Assembly: GCA_963705305.1 (NCBI GenBank)
Contig: OY970067.1
Coordinates: 4,064,001-4,128,000 of the forward strand
Source of the DNA: an uncultured Methylomirabilota bacterium
GTDB lineage: Bacteria; Methylomirabilota; Methylomirabilia; Methylomirabilales; 2-02-FULL-66-22
DNA: 64,000 nucleotides
Direction: 5' to 3'
Notes under the pieces: generated by a model
The model's input: the letters and a program-made list of their open reading frames with translations, nothing else
Databases searched by the model: none
Told to the model about the DNA's origin: nothing
Position numbers and translations under genes: made by a program
In this document: positions 51,754-63,326 of the stretch, piece by piece
Numbering within the stretch: position 1 is the first letter of the stretch
Layout: each line of letters starts with the position of its first letter

Positions 51754-54700
51754 ATGATGAGGCAAGCGGCAGGAAACCGGGCACCGGGTATCGGCGAGAC
51801 TGGGAGGGGCAAGAGCCAGGGGCGCCGACCCTGGCGACGCTACCTCCCTGTTGTGTTCATCGCGTGTCTCGGGGCGGCCCTCACTCTTCTCGGGGCGGTT
51901 GCGCTCTCCCGGTGGGAACGGGCGCAAAGTGAGCTTCGCTTCGATCAGCACGGCACTCAACTTGCTGTCGCGATACAGAGGCGCATCGATGAAGCCGTGG
52001 AAATCGTCCGCAGCATCCGCAGCCTCTATGAGGCATCCCCTCGGGTCACGCGGCAACAGTTCCGTGCGTTCGTCGGGCGGTCCCTCGCCCGTGATCGCGG
52101 TATCCAGGCGCTGGAGTGGATTCCGCGGGTCCCCGCTGCCGAGCGCGACGCATACGAGGAGGCCGCCCGCCGGGATGGGCACCCGCAGTTTGAGATCACC
52201 GAGCGCGAGCGCCAAGCGCAAATGGTCCGCGCGTCCCGCCGCTCCGAGTACTTCCCAGTGTACTTTGTCGAGCCGTTCAAGGGGAACGAGATTGCACTCG
52301 GCTTTGACCTGGCGTCCGATCCTGTCCGGCTCGCCGCCCTCGAACAGGCCTGCGATACCGGCGCCGCGGTGGCCACAGCCCGGATCACGCTCGTCCAGGA
52401 GACGGGTCGGCAATACGGTTTCCTGATCTACGACCCGGTGTACCGCTCCGGGTCCACCCCGGAGACGGTGGAGGCGCGTCGTCGGGATCTGGTCGGTTTC
52501 GCGCTTGGGGTCTTACGGGCCGGCGACCTGATCGAAGAAGCACTCAAGGGGCTCCATGCCTCGGACGTTGCCCTCACCCTCCTCGACGACTCGGCGCCGG
52601 CGAGCGAGCGTCTCCTGTACCGTCGTATGTCGGATAACGGGAATCCCGGCGTCGAGGCGGTGAAGGAGAGTGGGGCAGGGCCGAAGCCGCCCTTCATCTG
52701 GAGGCAGAGATTCGATGTGGCCGGGCGCCGGTGGTCGTTGCTGTTCCTGGGAGGTGACAGCTATGCCCGCGCGTTTCCGGATTGGCAGCCGTGGGGGATC
52801 CTCGGACTCGGACTCCTGCTCACCGTCACTCTCACCGCCTACATGGCTACGACCATCAATCGCAACTTGCTCTTGGCCATGGCGAAGGAGTCTCTCGAGC
52901 AGGAGATTGACGCCCGGACTCAGGCCGAAGAGTCCCTGGCCGCGCGCACCCGCCAGCTCGAAGCGGTCCGGGCTGTGTCTCACGAGATCACCGGGGAGTT
53001 GGACCTTCCTCGGCTTTTTGAGGTCATCCACCGGCAAGCGGCAAATCTGCTGGGCGCGAGCGGCGGTGCGATCTTCCTGTGGGACGAGGCGGAGCAAGTG
53101 CTCGTTCCCTTTCCCTGGCACGGCCTGGGGGATTGGATGGCAGCCGCCAGGCGTCCCCTCGGCCAGGGCGTTACGGGGGTTGTCGCGCAGCGGCGGAAGG
53201 GTCTCATCGTCAACGACTACCGGACGTCGCCTCTGGCGTACCCCGGCACCCTGGAACACACTGAGATCCGTGCGGTCGTTGCCGAGCCCCTCCTGTACCA
53301 GGATCGACTCGTGGGGGTGATCACCGTCCATGACGAGCGGGCTGGACGGCTCTTTACCGAACAGGACCGCCAAACGTTGGAGCTGCTTGCAGGCCAAATC
53401 GCCATCGCTATTGAGAACGCCCGCCTCCACGCTGCCGCGCTCCAGCGTGGGGAGGAGCTCGCAGCGCTCCTCCGGTCGGGGCGCGTCGTCATGGGCGGTC
53501 TGGATCTCGAGGGGACCTTGGATCGCATTATCGGGGAGGCCTCCGAGATCGCGCACACCCCGCACGTCAAGGTCCTGCTCGCGGGCGAGCAGGATGGAAA
53601 GCTGTGCATGGCCGCGGTCCGCGGCCGGCCGGTTGAAATGATCCGCCGATTCGAGTATGGGTTTGAGGGCAGCCTCTCGGGGATCGTGGCGACGACCGGA
53701 CAGCCCCTCTTCGTGGCCGATTGCCAGAATGATCCACGGAATATCGCTTCGGAGCAAGATCGGATGTTTGGCATTCAGACCTACCTTGGATTACCGATCA
53801 AGGGCCAGGACGAAATCCTCGGTGTCCTGACCTTCAACACGACGGTGCCTCGCCGGTACACCCCTGGAGAAATTGCGTACCTCACGTCGTTCGCGGATGA
53901 GGCCGCCATCGCCATCGAGAACGCCCGCCTGTACGCCGCCTCAGAAGAGCGGGCCCAGGCACTGGAGGTCCTTCGCGAGATCGATCACGCCATTACGTCC
54001 CGCCTGGAGCTGGGCGAGGTGCTCGAGGCCGTGGTCGCAGGCGCCATGCGGCTGCTGAACAACCCGTCCGCCCAGATCATCCTGTGGGATGAGGCCGCCC
54101 AGCGACTCCGCTATGGCGCCGCCCGAGGCCCGGAAACGGACCGTGTCAAAGGGCAAGTCTTTGAACTAGGGCGCGGGATCAACGGGATCGTGGCGCAGAC
54201 GCGCCAGCCCATGATCCTCGATGACTACCAAACCTCTCCATATGTTCTGCCGGAATGCTTCGATGTCACAGCCACGATCACCGTCCCGATTCTGTTCGAA
54301 GGGCGGCTTTCGGGGGTCTTGCATTCCCACACGACCCAGGCGGGCAGGCGGTTTACCCCGCGAGACCTCCACCGGCTCCAGATGCTCGCCGCCCAAGCGG
54401 CCATCGCCATCGAGAACGCCCGGCTCTACGACGAGATCCAGCGCTACGCCGCTGACCTCGAGGAGCGGGTGGCTGCCCGCACGGCGGAGCTCGCGGCGGC
54501 CAACGAGGAGCTCGCCGCCGCCTCCCGGCACAAGTCCGAGTTCCTCGCGAACATGTCCCACGAGCTCCGGACCCCCCTGAACGGGATCCTCGGGTTCGCC
54601 CAGATCCTCCAGGAGCAGGTCGGGGCCGCCCTGTCGGAGAAGCAGCGCCGCTACCTGGGCCACATCTACGGGAGCGGCCAGCACCTCCTCACCCTCATCA

Positions 54701-55255
54701 ACGACATCCTCGACCTCGCGAAGGTGGAGGCGGGGAAGATCGCCCTCCAGCCCGAGCCCCTCCCGGTGGCCCAGACTCTGGAGGACCTCCTCGTCATCGC
54801 CCGGGGCCTGGCCAGCGAGAAGGGGCAGGTCCTCACGGCCGCCATTGCCCCCGACCTCCCCCCCCTCACGGCCGACCCCGTCCGGGTCAAGCAGATCCTG
54901 TTCAACCTCCTCTCGAACGCCGTGAAGTTCACCCCCGAGCAGGGCACCATGACGTTGACAGCGAAGCGGCATGACGGCGAGGTAACCCGGCACCCCAGCT
55001 CCCCGGCAGTTCCTCGAACTCGCCGTGACCGACACCGGGGTCGGCATCAAGGCGGGGGACCTCCCCAAGCTCTTCCACGAGTTCACCCAGCTCGAGACCA
55101 CCCGTACGCAGGCGCACGAGGGCACCGGCCTTGGCCTCGCCCTCACCAAGCGCCTGGTCGAGCTCCACGGCGGCCGGATCTGGGCCGCCTCCCCGGGCGA
55201 GGGCCAGGGGAGCACCTTCACGGTGGTCCTGCCCCTGGGAGGGTTTCCCGCATGA
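51754..55255 (+). pseudogene. CHASE-GAFx3 histidine kinase, frameshifted inside the HATPase domain (~54990-55010)
   Basis: TM-CHASE (YFVEP..GNE.ALGFDL)-TM, three GAF domains (IAIENARL), MSHELRTPL and NLLSNAVKFT. The G boxes (VTDTGVGI, GTGLGL) are in the next frame. Confidence 0.85.
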
Positions 55256-58200
55256 GCCGCCAGCGCAACCGGGACGACCGCCTTGCTGCCTTCTTGCAGG
55301 CCAGCCAGGCCATGGCGTCGTCTCTGGACCTGGATCAAGTCCTGCGGACGGTCGTCGAGGCCGCCGCCGCCATTTCGGGTGCCCCCTTCGTCCGTCTATT
55401 TCTCCTGGAGGGCGCCCCCCCGATGCTGCACTGGCGGGTGGGAGTGGGCCTCTCTCCGGAGGGGGAGCCCAACCGCCCGATCCGGATCGGCGAGAGCTTC
55501 TCGGGGCAGGTGGCGGTCACCGGGCAGCCCCTGGCCGTGGCCGATTGCCGGGAGGACCCCCGCCTCCGGTTCCCCGAGCACATCCAGCGATACAGCCTCA
55601 TCTCGTACCTGGGCCTGCCGGTGAAGACGGGCGACCGCCTTCTGGGTGTCCTCTGCTTCAATACGAATGCTCCCCATGTATACACGGAGGAGGAGATCTC
55701 CTTCCTAAACGCCTTCGCGCAGCAGGCTGCCATCGCCATCGAGAACGCCCGGCTGCACGAGGCAACCGAGAGGGAGCTGGCCGAGCGGATCCGGGTCGAG
55801 GAAGATCTCCGGCAGAGCGAGCAGACGAGACGCCTGGCCCAGGAAAATGCGACCATGGCGGAGCTGGGTCGCATCATTAGCTCCACCCTGAATATCGAGG
55901 AGGTTTACAAGAGCTTTGCTGCCGAAGTTCGGAAAATCCTCCCCTTTGACCGCATTCTCATCAACCACATCGAGCCCGACAAGGGTCTCGTCCGGAATCT
56001 GTTCATTGCGGGGGAGACTATCCCGGGCCGGACGGCATCCGACTCCTACCCCCTGGAGGGATCCGGCATTGCCGAAATGGTCCGCACCCGCGCCAGCCTG
56101 CTCATCCAGACGGATGACTTCCGAGAATATGCGGACAGATTTTCGGGCCTCGTCTCGACGTTTAAAGCGGGCTTCCGGTCGATCCTGAACGTGCCCCTCT
56201 TTGCCCAAGCCCAGGTCATCGGGGGGTTGCTCCTGCGGTCGCGCCAGGCCAATGCATACACCGACCGGGATATCCGACTGGCCGAGCGCATCGCCGACCA
56301 GATCGCTGGGACTGTGGCCAACGCCCAGCTCTACGCGGAGAACGTCCGCCTCTACGAAATGGCTCAGCAGGAGATCGTGGAGCGCCGGCAGGCCGAGGAG
56401 ACCCTCACACTTCGCACGCGCCATCTTGAGGCTGTCCGGAGCATCAGTGAGGAGATCGCGCGGGAGTTGGACCTCTCGAGGGTGCTCGACTTGGTTGTTC
56501 AACGGGCCGTCGCCCTCGTGGGGGCGAAATCCGGCAGCATCCGACTCTGGGACAACCAGCGGCAACTGCTCATGCGCGTGGCTTGGACGGGCAGCGCCCA
56601 GCACGCGCCGACAGTGCCCTTGGGGCTCGGCGAAGGTGTGCCAGGGGCCGCCGCACAGCAGCGCCGCGGGCTCATCGTCAATGACTTCCGCACCTCCGCG
56701 TATGCCATCCCGGCCGTCCTCCAGGGGACCATGCACACCGCCGTGGTTGCCACTCCCTTGCTGTTCGGGGATCGGCTCGTGGGTGCGCTGGCGATCACCC
56801 GGGATGCGTCTGATCCACCCTTCGCGGACGCGGACCTCGAAATTCTTAACCTCCTCGCCCCCCACGCCGCCATTGCCATCGAGAACGCCCGGTTGCACGG
56901 GCAAGCGCTCCGGCGGAGCGATGAGACGATTGCGCTGCTTCGGACCACGCACGCGGTCATGAGCGGGCTGGATCTCAACGTCAGTCTCCAGCGGATCCTC
57001 GAGGAGGCGGGGCCCATGGCCGGGACGCCGCACGTCAAGATCCTGCTGGTGGACGAGAATGCGGGGGTCCTCCGGCTTGCCGCCACGTCGGGAGTGCCGA
57101 TGCCCGCCGAATTTCAGGTGGCGATAGGGACCAGTTTTTCCGGCACTGTAGCGGCCACCGGGAGGCCCTTGTTCGTCGCGGATACGCAGACCGACCCCCG
57201 GAACCTGTTCCGGGATCGCGATCGGGAGGAAGGAGTCCGTACCTATCTCGGCTTGCCCATCCGGAGAAGGAGCAAGGTCCTCGGGGTCTTGATTTTCAAC
57301 ACGGCGCAGTCCCGATCTTACAGCGAAGAGGAGATCGGGTACCTGGAGGCGTTCGCCGACCAGGCCGCCATCGCCATCGAGAATGCCCGCCTCTACGAGG
57401 AAGTGCAGCGGCACGCCGGCGAGCTGGAGACCCGGGTGAAGGAGCGCACCTCCGAGCTGGAGGAGGCCCTCCGGGTGAAGGCGGAGTTCCTGGCCCGGAT
57501 GTCCCACGAACTGCGGACGCCGCTCAATTTTGTCCTCGGCTTCGCCAACCTGCTCAAAGAGCAGACCGCCGGGCCTCTCACGGACAAGCAGATGCGATTC
57601 GTGGACCGGATCGAGTTCGGCGGGCGGCACCTGTTGGCGCTGGTCAGCGACCTCCTGGAGTTGTCCCAGGTCGAAATGGGCCAGGAGGAGCTGCGGCTGG
57701 AGCAGTTCCTGCTGGTCCCGCTCCTTGAAGAGGTCGTGGAGATCCACGCGGTGCCGGCGGGCCAGAAGCGGCACGTGATCGAGGTCGAGTGCCCGCCGGC
57801 GCTCTCCGTCGTCGCAGAGCGCCGCCGGCTCCTGCAGATTCTCAGCAACCTCGTGAGCAATGCCGTGAAGTTCACCCCGGAGGGCGGGCGGATCACGGTG
57901 ACGGCCCGCCAGGTGGCGGAAGACCGGAGACCGGAGACCGGCGTCCCCCCCGGGCCCCCGGCCCCCGTCCCCTGGGTGGAGCTCGCCGTCACCGACACCG
58001 GCATCGGGCTGGCGCCGGAGGACGTGGAGCGGATCTTCGTGGGCTTCGAGCAGGTAGACGGGTCCTCGACCCGGCGGTACGAGGGCGCGGGCATCGGGCT
58101 GGCGCTCGTCCGGACCCTGGTCAACCTCCACGGCGGCCAGGTGTGGGCGGAGAGCGCGGGCCTCGGGCAGGGGTCCCGGTTCGTCGTCCGGCTGCCTGTC

Positions 58201-58671
58201 CTGGCAGTGCCGTCTGCCAGGCGCGTCCTGGTGGTGGAGGATGAGGCACCGGTCGCGCGGCTCCTCGCGATCTTCCTCCGCGACGCCGGGTATGCGGTGG
58301 AGGTGGCGGGAACGGGGGGCGAGGCGGTCGCGCGGCTGCACGTGCAGCCCCCGGACCTCATCGTCCTGGATCTCGCCCTCCCGGACATGGACGGCTGGGA
58401 GGTCCTGAGAACCGTGCGGGCGCGCGCGCGGACCCGGGCTCTCCCGGTGGTGGTCCTCACGGGGCTCGGGCCGGAGCAGGCCGCGCAGGCGGCTGCCCGG
58501 GGCGCCGACGAGTTCCTGACCAAGCCGGTCTCGCCGACCGTCCTGACCGGGGTGGTGAAGACGCTGGTGGCCCGGGCCAGGGAGGCCGCGCACGTGCCGC
58601 CGCTCGCGGGGACGGGGGGCTGGCAGGCGATGGCGGAGGAGACGGGAGGGGCGGGGGGGGGGAGGACGTGA
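55252..58671 (+). CDS. GAFx4 hybrid histidine kinase with C-terminal receiver
   Basis: ATGA overlap with the upstream kinase; MSHELRTPL, DTGIG, GAGIGL and a REC domain. Confidence 0.88.
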   Translation: MSRQRNRDDRLAAFLQASQAMASSLDLDQVLRTVVEAAAAISGAPFVRLFLLEGAPPMLHWRVGVGLSPEGEPNRPIRIGESFSGQVAVTGQPLAVADCREDPRLRFPEHIQRYSLISYLGLPVKTGDRLLGVLCFNTNAPHVYTEEEISFLNAFAQQAAIAIENARLHEATERELAERIRVEEDLRQSEQTRRLAQENATMAELGRIISSTLNIEEVYKSFAAEVRKILPFDRILINHIEPDKGLVRNLFIAGETIPGRTASDSYPLEGSGIAEMVRTRASLLIQTDDFREYADRFSGLVSTFKAGFRSILNVPLFAQAQVIGGLLLRSRQANAYTDRDIRLAERIADQIAGTVANAQLYAENVRLYEMAQQEIVERRQAEETLTLRTRHLEAVRSISEEIARELDLSRVLDLVVQRAVALVGAKSGSIRLWDNQRQLLMRVAWTGSAQHAPTVPLGLGEGVPGAAAQQRRGLIVNDFRTSAYAIPAVLQGTMHTAVVATPLLFGDRLVGALAITRDASDPPFADADLEILNLLAPHAAIAIENARLHGQALRRSDETIALLRTTHAVMSGLDLNVSLQRILEEAGPMAGTPHVKILLVDENAGVLRLAATSGVPMPAEFQVAIGTSFSGTVAATGRPLFVADTQTDPRNLFRDRDREEGVRTYLGLPIRRRSKVLGVLIFNTAQSRSYSEEEIGYLEAFADQAAIAIENARLYEEVQRHAGELETRVKERTSELEEALRVKAEFLARMSHELRTPLNFVLGFANLLKEQTAGPLTDKQMRFVDRIEFGGRHLLALVSDLLELSQVEMGQEELRLEQFLLVPLLEEVVEIHAVPAGQKRHVIEVECPPALSVVAERRRLLQILSNLVSNAVKFTPEGGRITVTARQVAEDRRPETGVPPGPPAPVPWVELAVTDTGIGLAPEDVERIFVGFEQVDGSSTRRYEGAGIGLALVRTLVNLHGGQVWAESAGLGQGSRFVVRLPVLAVPSARRVLVVEDEAPVARLLAIFLRDAGYAVEVAGTGGEAVARLHVQPPDLIVLDLALPDMDGWEVLRTVRARARTRALPVVVLTGLGPEQAAQAAARGADEFLTKPVSPTVLTGVVKTLVARAREAAHVPPLAGTGGWQAMAEETGGAGGGRT

Positions 58672-59090
58672 CGCCGCCTGAGGGCAAAACATCCCCTGGC
58701 GTCCAGCCCAGCCGGATCGTGGTCGTCGAGGACAATCCGGTGAACCGGGAGTTCATGCTGGCCTTGCTCGAGGGGGAGGGGTACGAGGTCCTCACGGCGC
58801 AGACGGCGGAGGCCGGGGTGGCCCTGGCCCGGCACGAGCGACCCGCCATCATCCTGATGGACATCCAGCTGCCGGGCACAAGCGGGTACGAGGCGACCCG
58901 GCAGCTCAAGGCGGACCCAGCCACGGCCGCCATCCCCATCGTAGCGGTGACTGCCCTGGCCATGCGAGGGGAGGAGGCCAAGGCCCGGGCGGCCGGCTGC
59001 GACGCCTTCGTGACCAAGCCCGTGAACACCCAAACCCTTCGCGCCACGCTGCGGCGGCTCCTGGCACATCCGGGCGGCGTCCACGAATGA
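58668..59090 (+). CDS. Single-domain response regulator (DivK-like)
   Basis: VVEDN, MDIQLPG, VTA and TKP. Confidence 0.92.
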   Translation: MTPPEGKTSPGVQPSRIVVVEDNPVNREFMLALLEGEGYEVLTAQTAEAGVALARHERPAIILMDIQLPGTSGYEATRQLKADPATAAIPIVAVTALAMRGEEAKARAAGCDAFVTKPVNTQTLRATLRRLLAHPGGVHE

Positions 59091-59153
59091 GACAGGTGGC
59101 GCACTGCCTGCGAGGGCCGGCAGGCCGGTCCCACACCACAGAGGAGGCTCCTG

Positions 59154-60083
59154 ATGGCGCACCGCATTCTGGTCGTGGATGACGAGCCCGTGAACCGGGA
59201 ATTGGAAGAGGCTGTCCTTGCGTCGGCAGGTTACGAGGTCAGGCTCGCCCCGGATGGCCCGGCTGCCCTGGCGCTGGCACAGGCGGATTCGCCGGACCTC
59301 GTCCTGCTCGACCTCCTCATGCCGGGGATGCACGGCCAAGAGGTCTGCGAAAAGCTGAAGGCGGACCCACGAACCGCTGACATCCCGGTGATCGTCGTGA
59401 CAGCCGTTGCCCGGGCTGCGACCAAGGAGGCCCTGCTGACGAGCGGGGCCGACGATTTCGTCACCAAGCCGTTCCGGCCCGGGGATCTCCTCGGCCGGGT
59501 CGAGGCCATGCTGAAGGTCCGCAGCATCCGCCGGGAGCTCGACCGCACCCTGGCCTACCTGCACGAGCTCGAGGCGGTTCGCCATACCCATCGGCGGGCG
59601 GTCCTGAGCGAGGCCGGGGGTGCCCAGACCCTGACGGCTCCGGCGGCCATTCCCGTGCTCCTCGTGGACGATGAAGCTCTCACCCGGGACTTCTACGGGG
59701 ACCTCCTGACCTCCCACGGTTTCCAGGTCTTCCTCGCCGCATCCGGCCCGGAGGGGCTGGCCCTGGCCCACCAGCACCGGGTCGAAGCGGTGATCCTGGA
59801 CATCATGATGCCCGAGATGTCCGGCCTCGAGGTCCTGGAGCGGCTCCGCAGGGAGCAGCCCGATCTCCCCGTCATCATGCTGACCGCCGCCCCCACCTCC
59901 CTGAACGCCATCGCCGCCCTCAAACTGGGGGCGTTCGATTTCATCGTGAAGGGGCTGGATCACAGCCTGGTGGTCCTGGCGGCCCATCGGGCGATCCGGC
60001 ACCGCCAGGAGGGTCTGCAACAGAAAAACGAGATCGCGCGCCTGCGCGCCCGCGTGGCGGAACTCGAGGCCCGGCGGGGCTAA
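59154..60083 (+). CDS. Double receiver-domain response regulator
   Basis: Two REC domains (LDLLMP, LDIMMP) and a coiled-coil tail. Confidence 0.9.
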   Translation: MAHRILVVDDEPVNRELEEAVLASAGYEVRLAPDGPAALALAQADSPDLVLLDLLMPGMHGQEVCEKLKADPRTADIPVIVVTAVARAATKEALLTSGADDFVTKPFRPGDLLGRVEAMLKVRSIRRELDRTLAYLHELEAVRHTHRRAVLSEAGGAQTLTAPAAIPVLLVDDEALTRDFYGDLLTSHGFQVFLAASGPEGLALAHQHRVEAVILDIMMPEMSGLEVLERLRREQPDLPVIMLTAAPTSLNAIAALKLGAFDFIVKGLDHSLVVLAAHRAIRHRQEGLQQKNEIARLRARVAELEARRG

Positions 60084-60117
60084 GTCCCTCGCAGAGAGAG
60101 GTCCCTCATGGCGAACG

Positions 60118-60290
60118 CATCCTGCTCGATGTGCAGATGCCGGGAATGGACGGGTACGTGGTCTGCCGAACGCTGCGCCGGTCGCCCCGCACCCGGCGGG
60201 TTCCGGTGGTCATGCTCACCGCCACGGATGATGTAGCGCTGAACCGCAAGGCCTATGCGGCCGGCGCCGACGCCTGCACATCCCCAAGCC
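60118..60290 (+). pseudogene. Receiver-domain fragment
   Basis: ILLDVQMPGMDGYVVC...VPVVMLTA...AGADAC, lacking both ends. Confidence 0.65.
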
Positions 60291-60854
60291 ATTTCGGGGA
60301 GAGGCCCTCCTTGCCGTCTTGGATACCGCCCTGGGGCGGCGACCCAGCCATTGAGCGGACCCAGCCGGGGTCCCTTCGCAGGGCCGCGGGCGAGCGGCCT
60401 CCAGATCTCTCGGAACATCCAATCTTGTGAGGCGGGATCTGTTTCACTCTCTGCGGTGGTCGGAGCCTTCGGTACTGCCCTCTCGAGGATCATTGGGAGC
60501 GCTCTTTGCCTGCCTCAGAAGTTTCCGAGAAACCCCTTCCACCTGGCTCTGGTACCAGCCCCCAGAGTGTCTGTTTAACAATAGATCATATTCAATTATG
60601 TGTATTGGTTATCAAATAGTTATAGAATATAGATAAACTACAGTATGATGTCTTATTCACGTGGAGCTTGGACAAGCCAGCGATCGAGAGTAAAGTCAAG
60701 GAGCCCAAATCCCGGGGCGACTATACAGCAAGGTGAGCGGCGAAGCGCCGGCTCCCGGGGCGGCGCGTCAGGTCCAGCGCGGCGGAGGGCGGGGCGCCCG
60801 CGATGCGGCCGAGTGCCTGGACGGAGACACTTGCACCCGGCGAGGAGCCGAAGA

Positions 60855-61637
60855 ATGGATTACCAGAGCCTAGCAAAGAGGTTCTCGCTGGAAGGACAGA
60901 CAGCGGTCGTGACCGGCAGTGCCAGAGGCATTGGAAAGGGATTGGCCATGGCGCTGGCGAGCGCCGGGGCGAATATCGTCGTGGTTGATCTCTTGGAGGA
61001 GGACGCGAAGAAGACGGCTGCGCTTCTCGGAGCGACGGCGGGGGTCAAGGCCTACCCCTATATCGCCGATTTGAGTCGGTCCCACCTGATCAAGAAGTAT
61101 GTCAGCGACATCCTGGGGGAGTGCGGGAAGATCGACATCTTGATAAACAACGCCGGGATCCAGGTGCGGAAGCCGGCCCTGGAGGTCAGCCTGGAAGAAT
61201 GGACCAGCGTCCTCACCATCCACCTCACCGCATCGTTCGCAATGGCGCAGGCGGTTGTCCCGGGAATGGAGAAACAGGGAGGGGGAAAGATCATCAACAT
61301 TGCCTCCATCAACGGGGTCATCGCCGTTCCGAACACGATGGCGTACACGGCTGCCAAGAGCGGCCTGGCTGGCCTCACCCGCGCCATGGCGGTGGAGTGG
61401 TCGCCGTTCAAGGTGCGGACCAATGCGATCGGCCCGGGATACTGCCGGACAGAGCTCACGGAGAGGCTATTCCAGGATCCCCGGAAGAGCGAATGGGTCC
61501 TGAGCCGGATCCCAGCCGGGCGGTTGGCCGAGCCCGAGCACGACCTCGGGTACGTTGCCGTGTTTCTGGCTTCCGATGCGTCGGCTTACATCAATGGGCA
61601 GGTGATCTACGTTGACGGGGGATGGCTCGCGGCCTAG
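60855..61637 (+). CDS. Short-chain dehydrogenase/reductase (KduD/gluconate 5-dehydrogenase-like)
   Basis: TGSARGIG, NNAG, YTAAK, NAIGPGY and VDGG. Confidence 0.92.
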   Translation: MDYQSLAKRFSLEGQTAVVTGSARGIGKGLAMALASAGANIVVVDLLEEDAKKTAALLGATAGVKAYPYIADLSRSHLIKKYVSDILGECGKIDILINNAGIQVRKPALEVSLEEWTSVLTIHLTASFAMAQAVVPGMEKQGGGKIINIASINGVIAVPNTMAYTAAKSGLAGLTRAMAVEWSPFKVRTNAIGPGYCRTELTERLFQDPRKSEWVLSRIPAGRLAEPEHDLGYVAVFLASDASAYINGQVIYVDGGWLAA

Positions 61638-61704
61638 ATTGTCGGGCGGACGAGACCCCGGTTCGGGTATCGGAGCTTTGGGCGATCTGTTCGGGAGAGG
61701 AAGC

Positions 61705-62018
61705 ATGGCAAGCGCATCGACCGTCGAGGGAAAGATCGATCGCTATCGCCGGTTCTGGGATCGCGCCCCGGTGGAACGCCCGCTAATCGGATTCTCCGTC
61801 GGCGGATGGTTTCCGCTGTGGAATCGCTCCGCTGCATTCAGATCAATAAAGATGTGGGGAACGCCGCGATTGCGGAGATGATGCCGTACTTTCGGATGGT
61901 TCAGGCGAGCGGGCGGAGTCTCCTTGATTGCTTGAATCATGTTGAACTCGGCAGATGGCGACGCGCCGCTCTCCCGTCTTCGCGTGCCCGGCTGGCGCTT
62001 CCGGCGGTTCTGGGATAG
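61705..62018 (+). pseudogene. Internally deleted gene remnant (possibly UroD/methyltransferase-like)
   Basis: RBS plus RYRRFWDRAPVERPLI, joined out of frame to LRCIQINKD...VQASGRSLL. Confidence 0.35.
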
Positions 62019-62078
62019 TCTGATAGGCGAACACTGACGCCGTGCGCTTTCACTTCTCACCCTGCGGAGGAAGGTTCA

Positions 62079-63122
62079 ATGAAATATCGGTTCCTCGGAT
62101 CGTCCGGTCTGCTGGTTTCGCGCATCGCCCTCGGCACGCTCAACTTCGGGGCCCCGCAGTGGGGGTGCGAGTCGGCCGAGTCCTCGGCGATCCTGCGCTC
62201 ATTCGTCGAGGGGGGCGGCAACTTCATCGACACGGCCAACGTCTATGCGGGCGGGGCGGCTGAAGAGATCGTCGGGCGCTTTCTGCGCGAGGTGCCGCGC
62301 GAGCAGATCGTCCTGGCCTCCAAGGCCTCGATGCCGGTGGGAAGTCAGCCCAACCTCTTCGGCGCCTCGCGTAAGCACATCCTCGCCGCCTGCGAGGCCA
62401 GCCTGCGGCGCCTCCAGACCGACTACATCGACCTCTACTACCTTCACGGGCCCGACCCGGTGACGCCCCTGGAGGAAACCCTGCGGGCCTACGACGACCT
62501 CGTCCGGCAGGGTAAGGTGCGCTACATCGGCGTGAGCAATCTGTTCGGCTGGCAGATCGCCACGGCGACGGGGATCGCCCTCCGGTTCAGCCTCGCGCCC
62601 CTGGTGGCAGGGCAGTATATCTACAGCCCCATTCATCGAGAGCTGGAGCAGGAGGTAATCCCGGCTGCCGTGGCCGGCGGGATCAGTCTCACCTGCTACG
62701 GTGTCCTCGGCGCCGGACTCCTGGCCGGGAAGTACAAGGGAATGGCCGAGCCGGCCAAGGGATCGCGGATGCAGCTTCGGATGCAGATGGACGGGGGCCG
62801 TTTCTGGCACCCACGGGGTCACCAGGCCGCGCAGGCCATCCAGGCCGTCTCCGAGCGGACGGGAGTCCCCATGGCTCGCCTCGCCATCGCTTGGCCCCTG
62901 GGCCGGAAGTTTGTGAGTGCGGTGGTCCTGGGAATCAGCACGCGCGGACAGATGCTGGAGAACCTGGCGGCAGGGGACTGGGACATGCCGCGGGAGGACT
63001 GGAAGGCCATCGAGGCCGCCACCCGGCCGGCCGAGGACAATCTCACCTGGTTCAACCGGCAGAACTACCAGCGGGTCCTCGACGCCGCCGAGTTTCACGA
63101 CGAGCGCATCGAGCTGCTGTAA
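62079..63122 (+). CDS. Aldo/keto reductase
   Basis: SRIALGT, FIDTANVY, SLRRLQTDYIDLYYLH and GKVRYIGVSN. Confidence 0.95.
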   Translation: MKYRFLGSSGLLVSRIALGTLNFGAPQWGCESAESSAILRSFVEGGGNFIDTANVYAGGAAEEIVGRFLREVPREQIVLASKASMPVGSQPNLFGASRKHILAACEASLRRLQTDYIDLYYLHGPDPVTPLEETLRAYDDLVRQGKVRYIGVSNLFGWQIATATGIALRFSLAPLVAGQYIYSPIHRELEQEVIPAAVAGGISLTCYGVLGAGLLAGKYKGMAEPAKGSRMQLRMQMDGGRFWHPRGHQAAQAIQAVSERTGVPMARLAIAWPLGRKFVSAVVLGISTRGQMLENLAAGDWDMPREDWKAIEAATRPAEDNLTWFNRQNYQRVLDAAEFHDERIELL

Positions 63123-63326
63123 GCGGGGCGGCTGGCGGGCAGCCATTCTTCCTGGAATCTCCGCTCGGCTCGCGGATCTGCTTCCCGCACACGGCCTCCC
63201 TCTTTTGTGCGAGCCCCCGTCAAATCCGGAGCTACCTGTAAGACGGGGGCTCGCTCGTTTGGCCTACTGCTTGCCCAAGAGCGACCGAGTCCCGCCCCCA
63301 GTGCGGAATGGCCTCTGATCAGTGCC

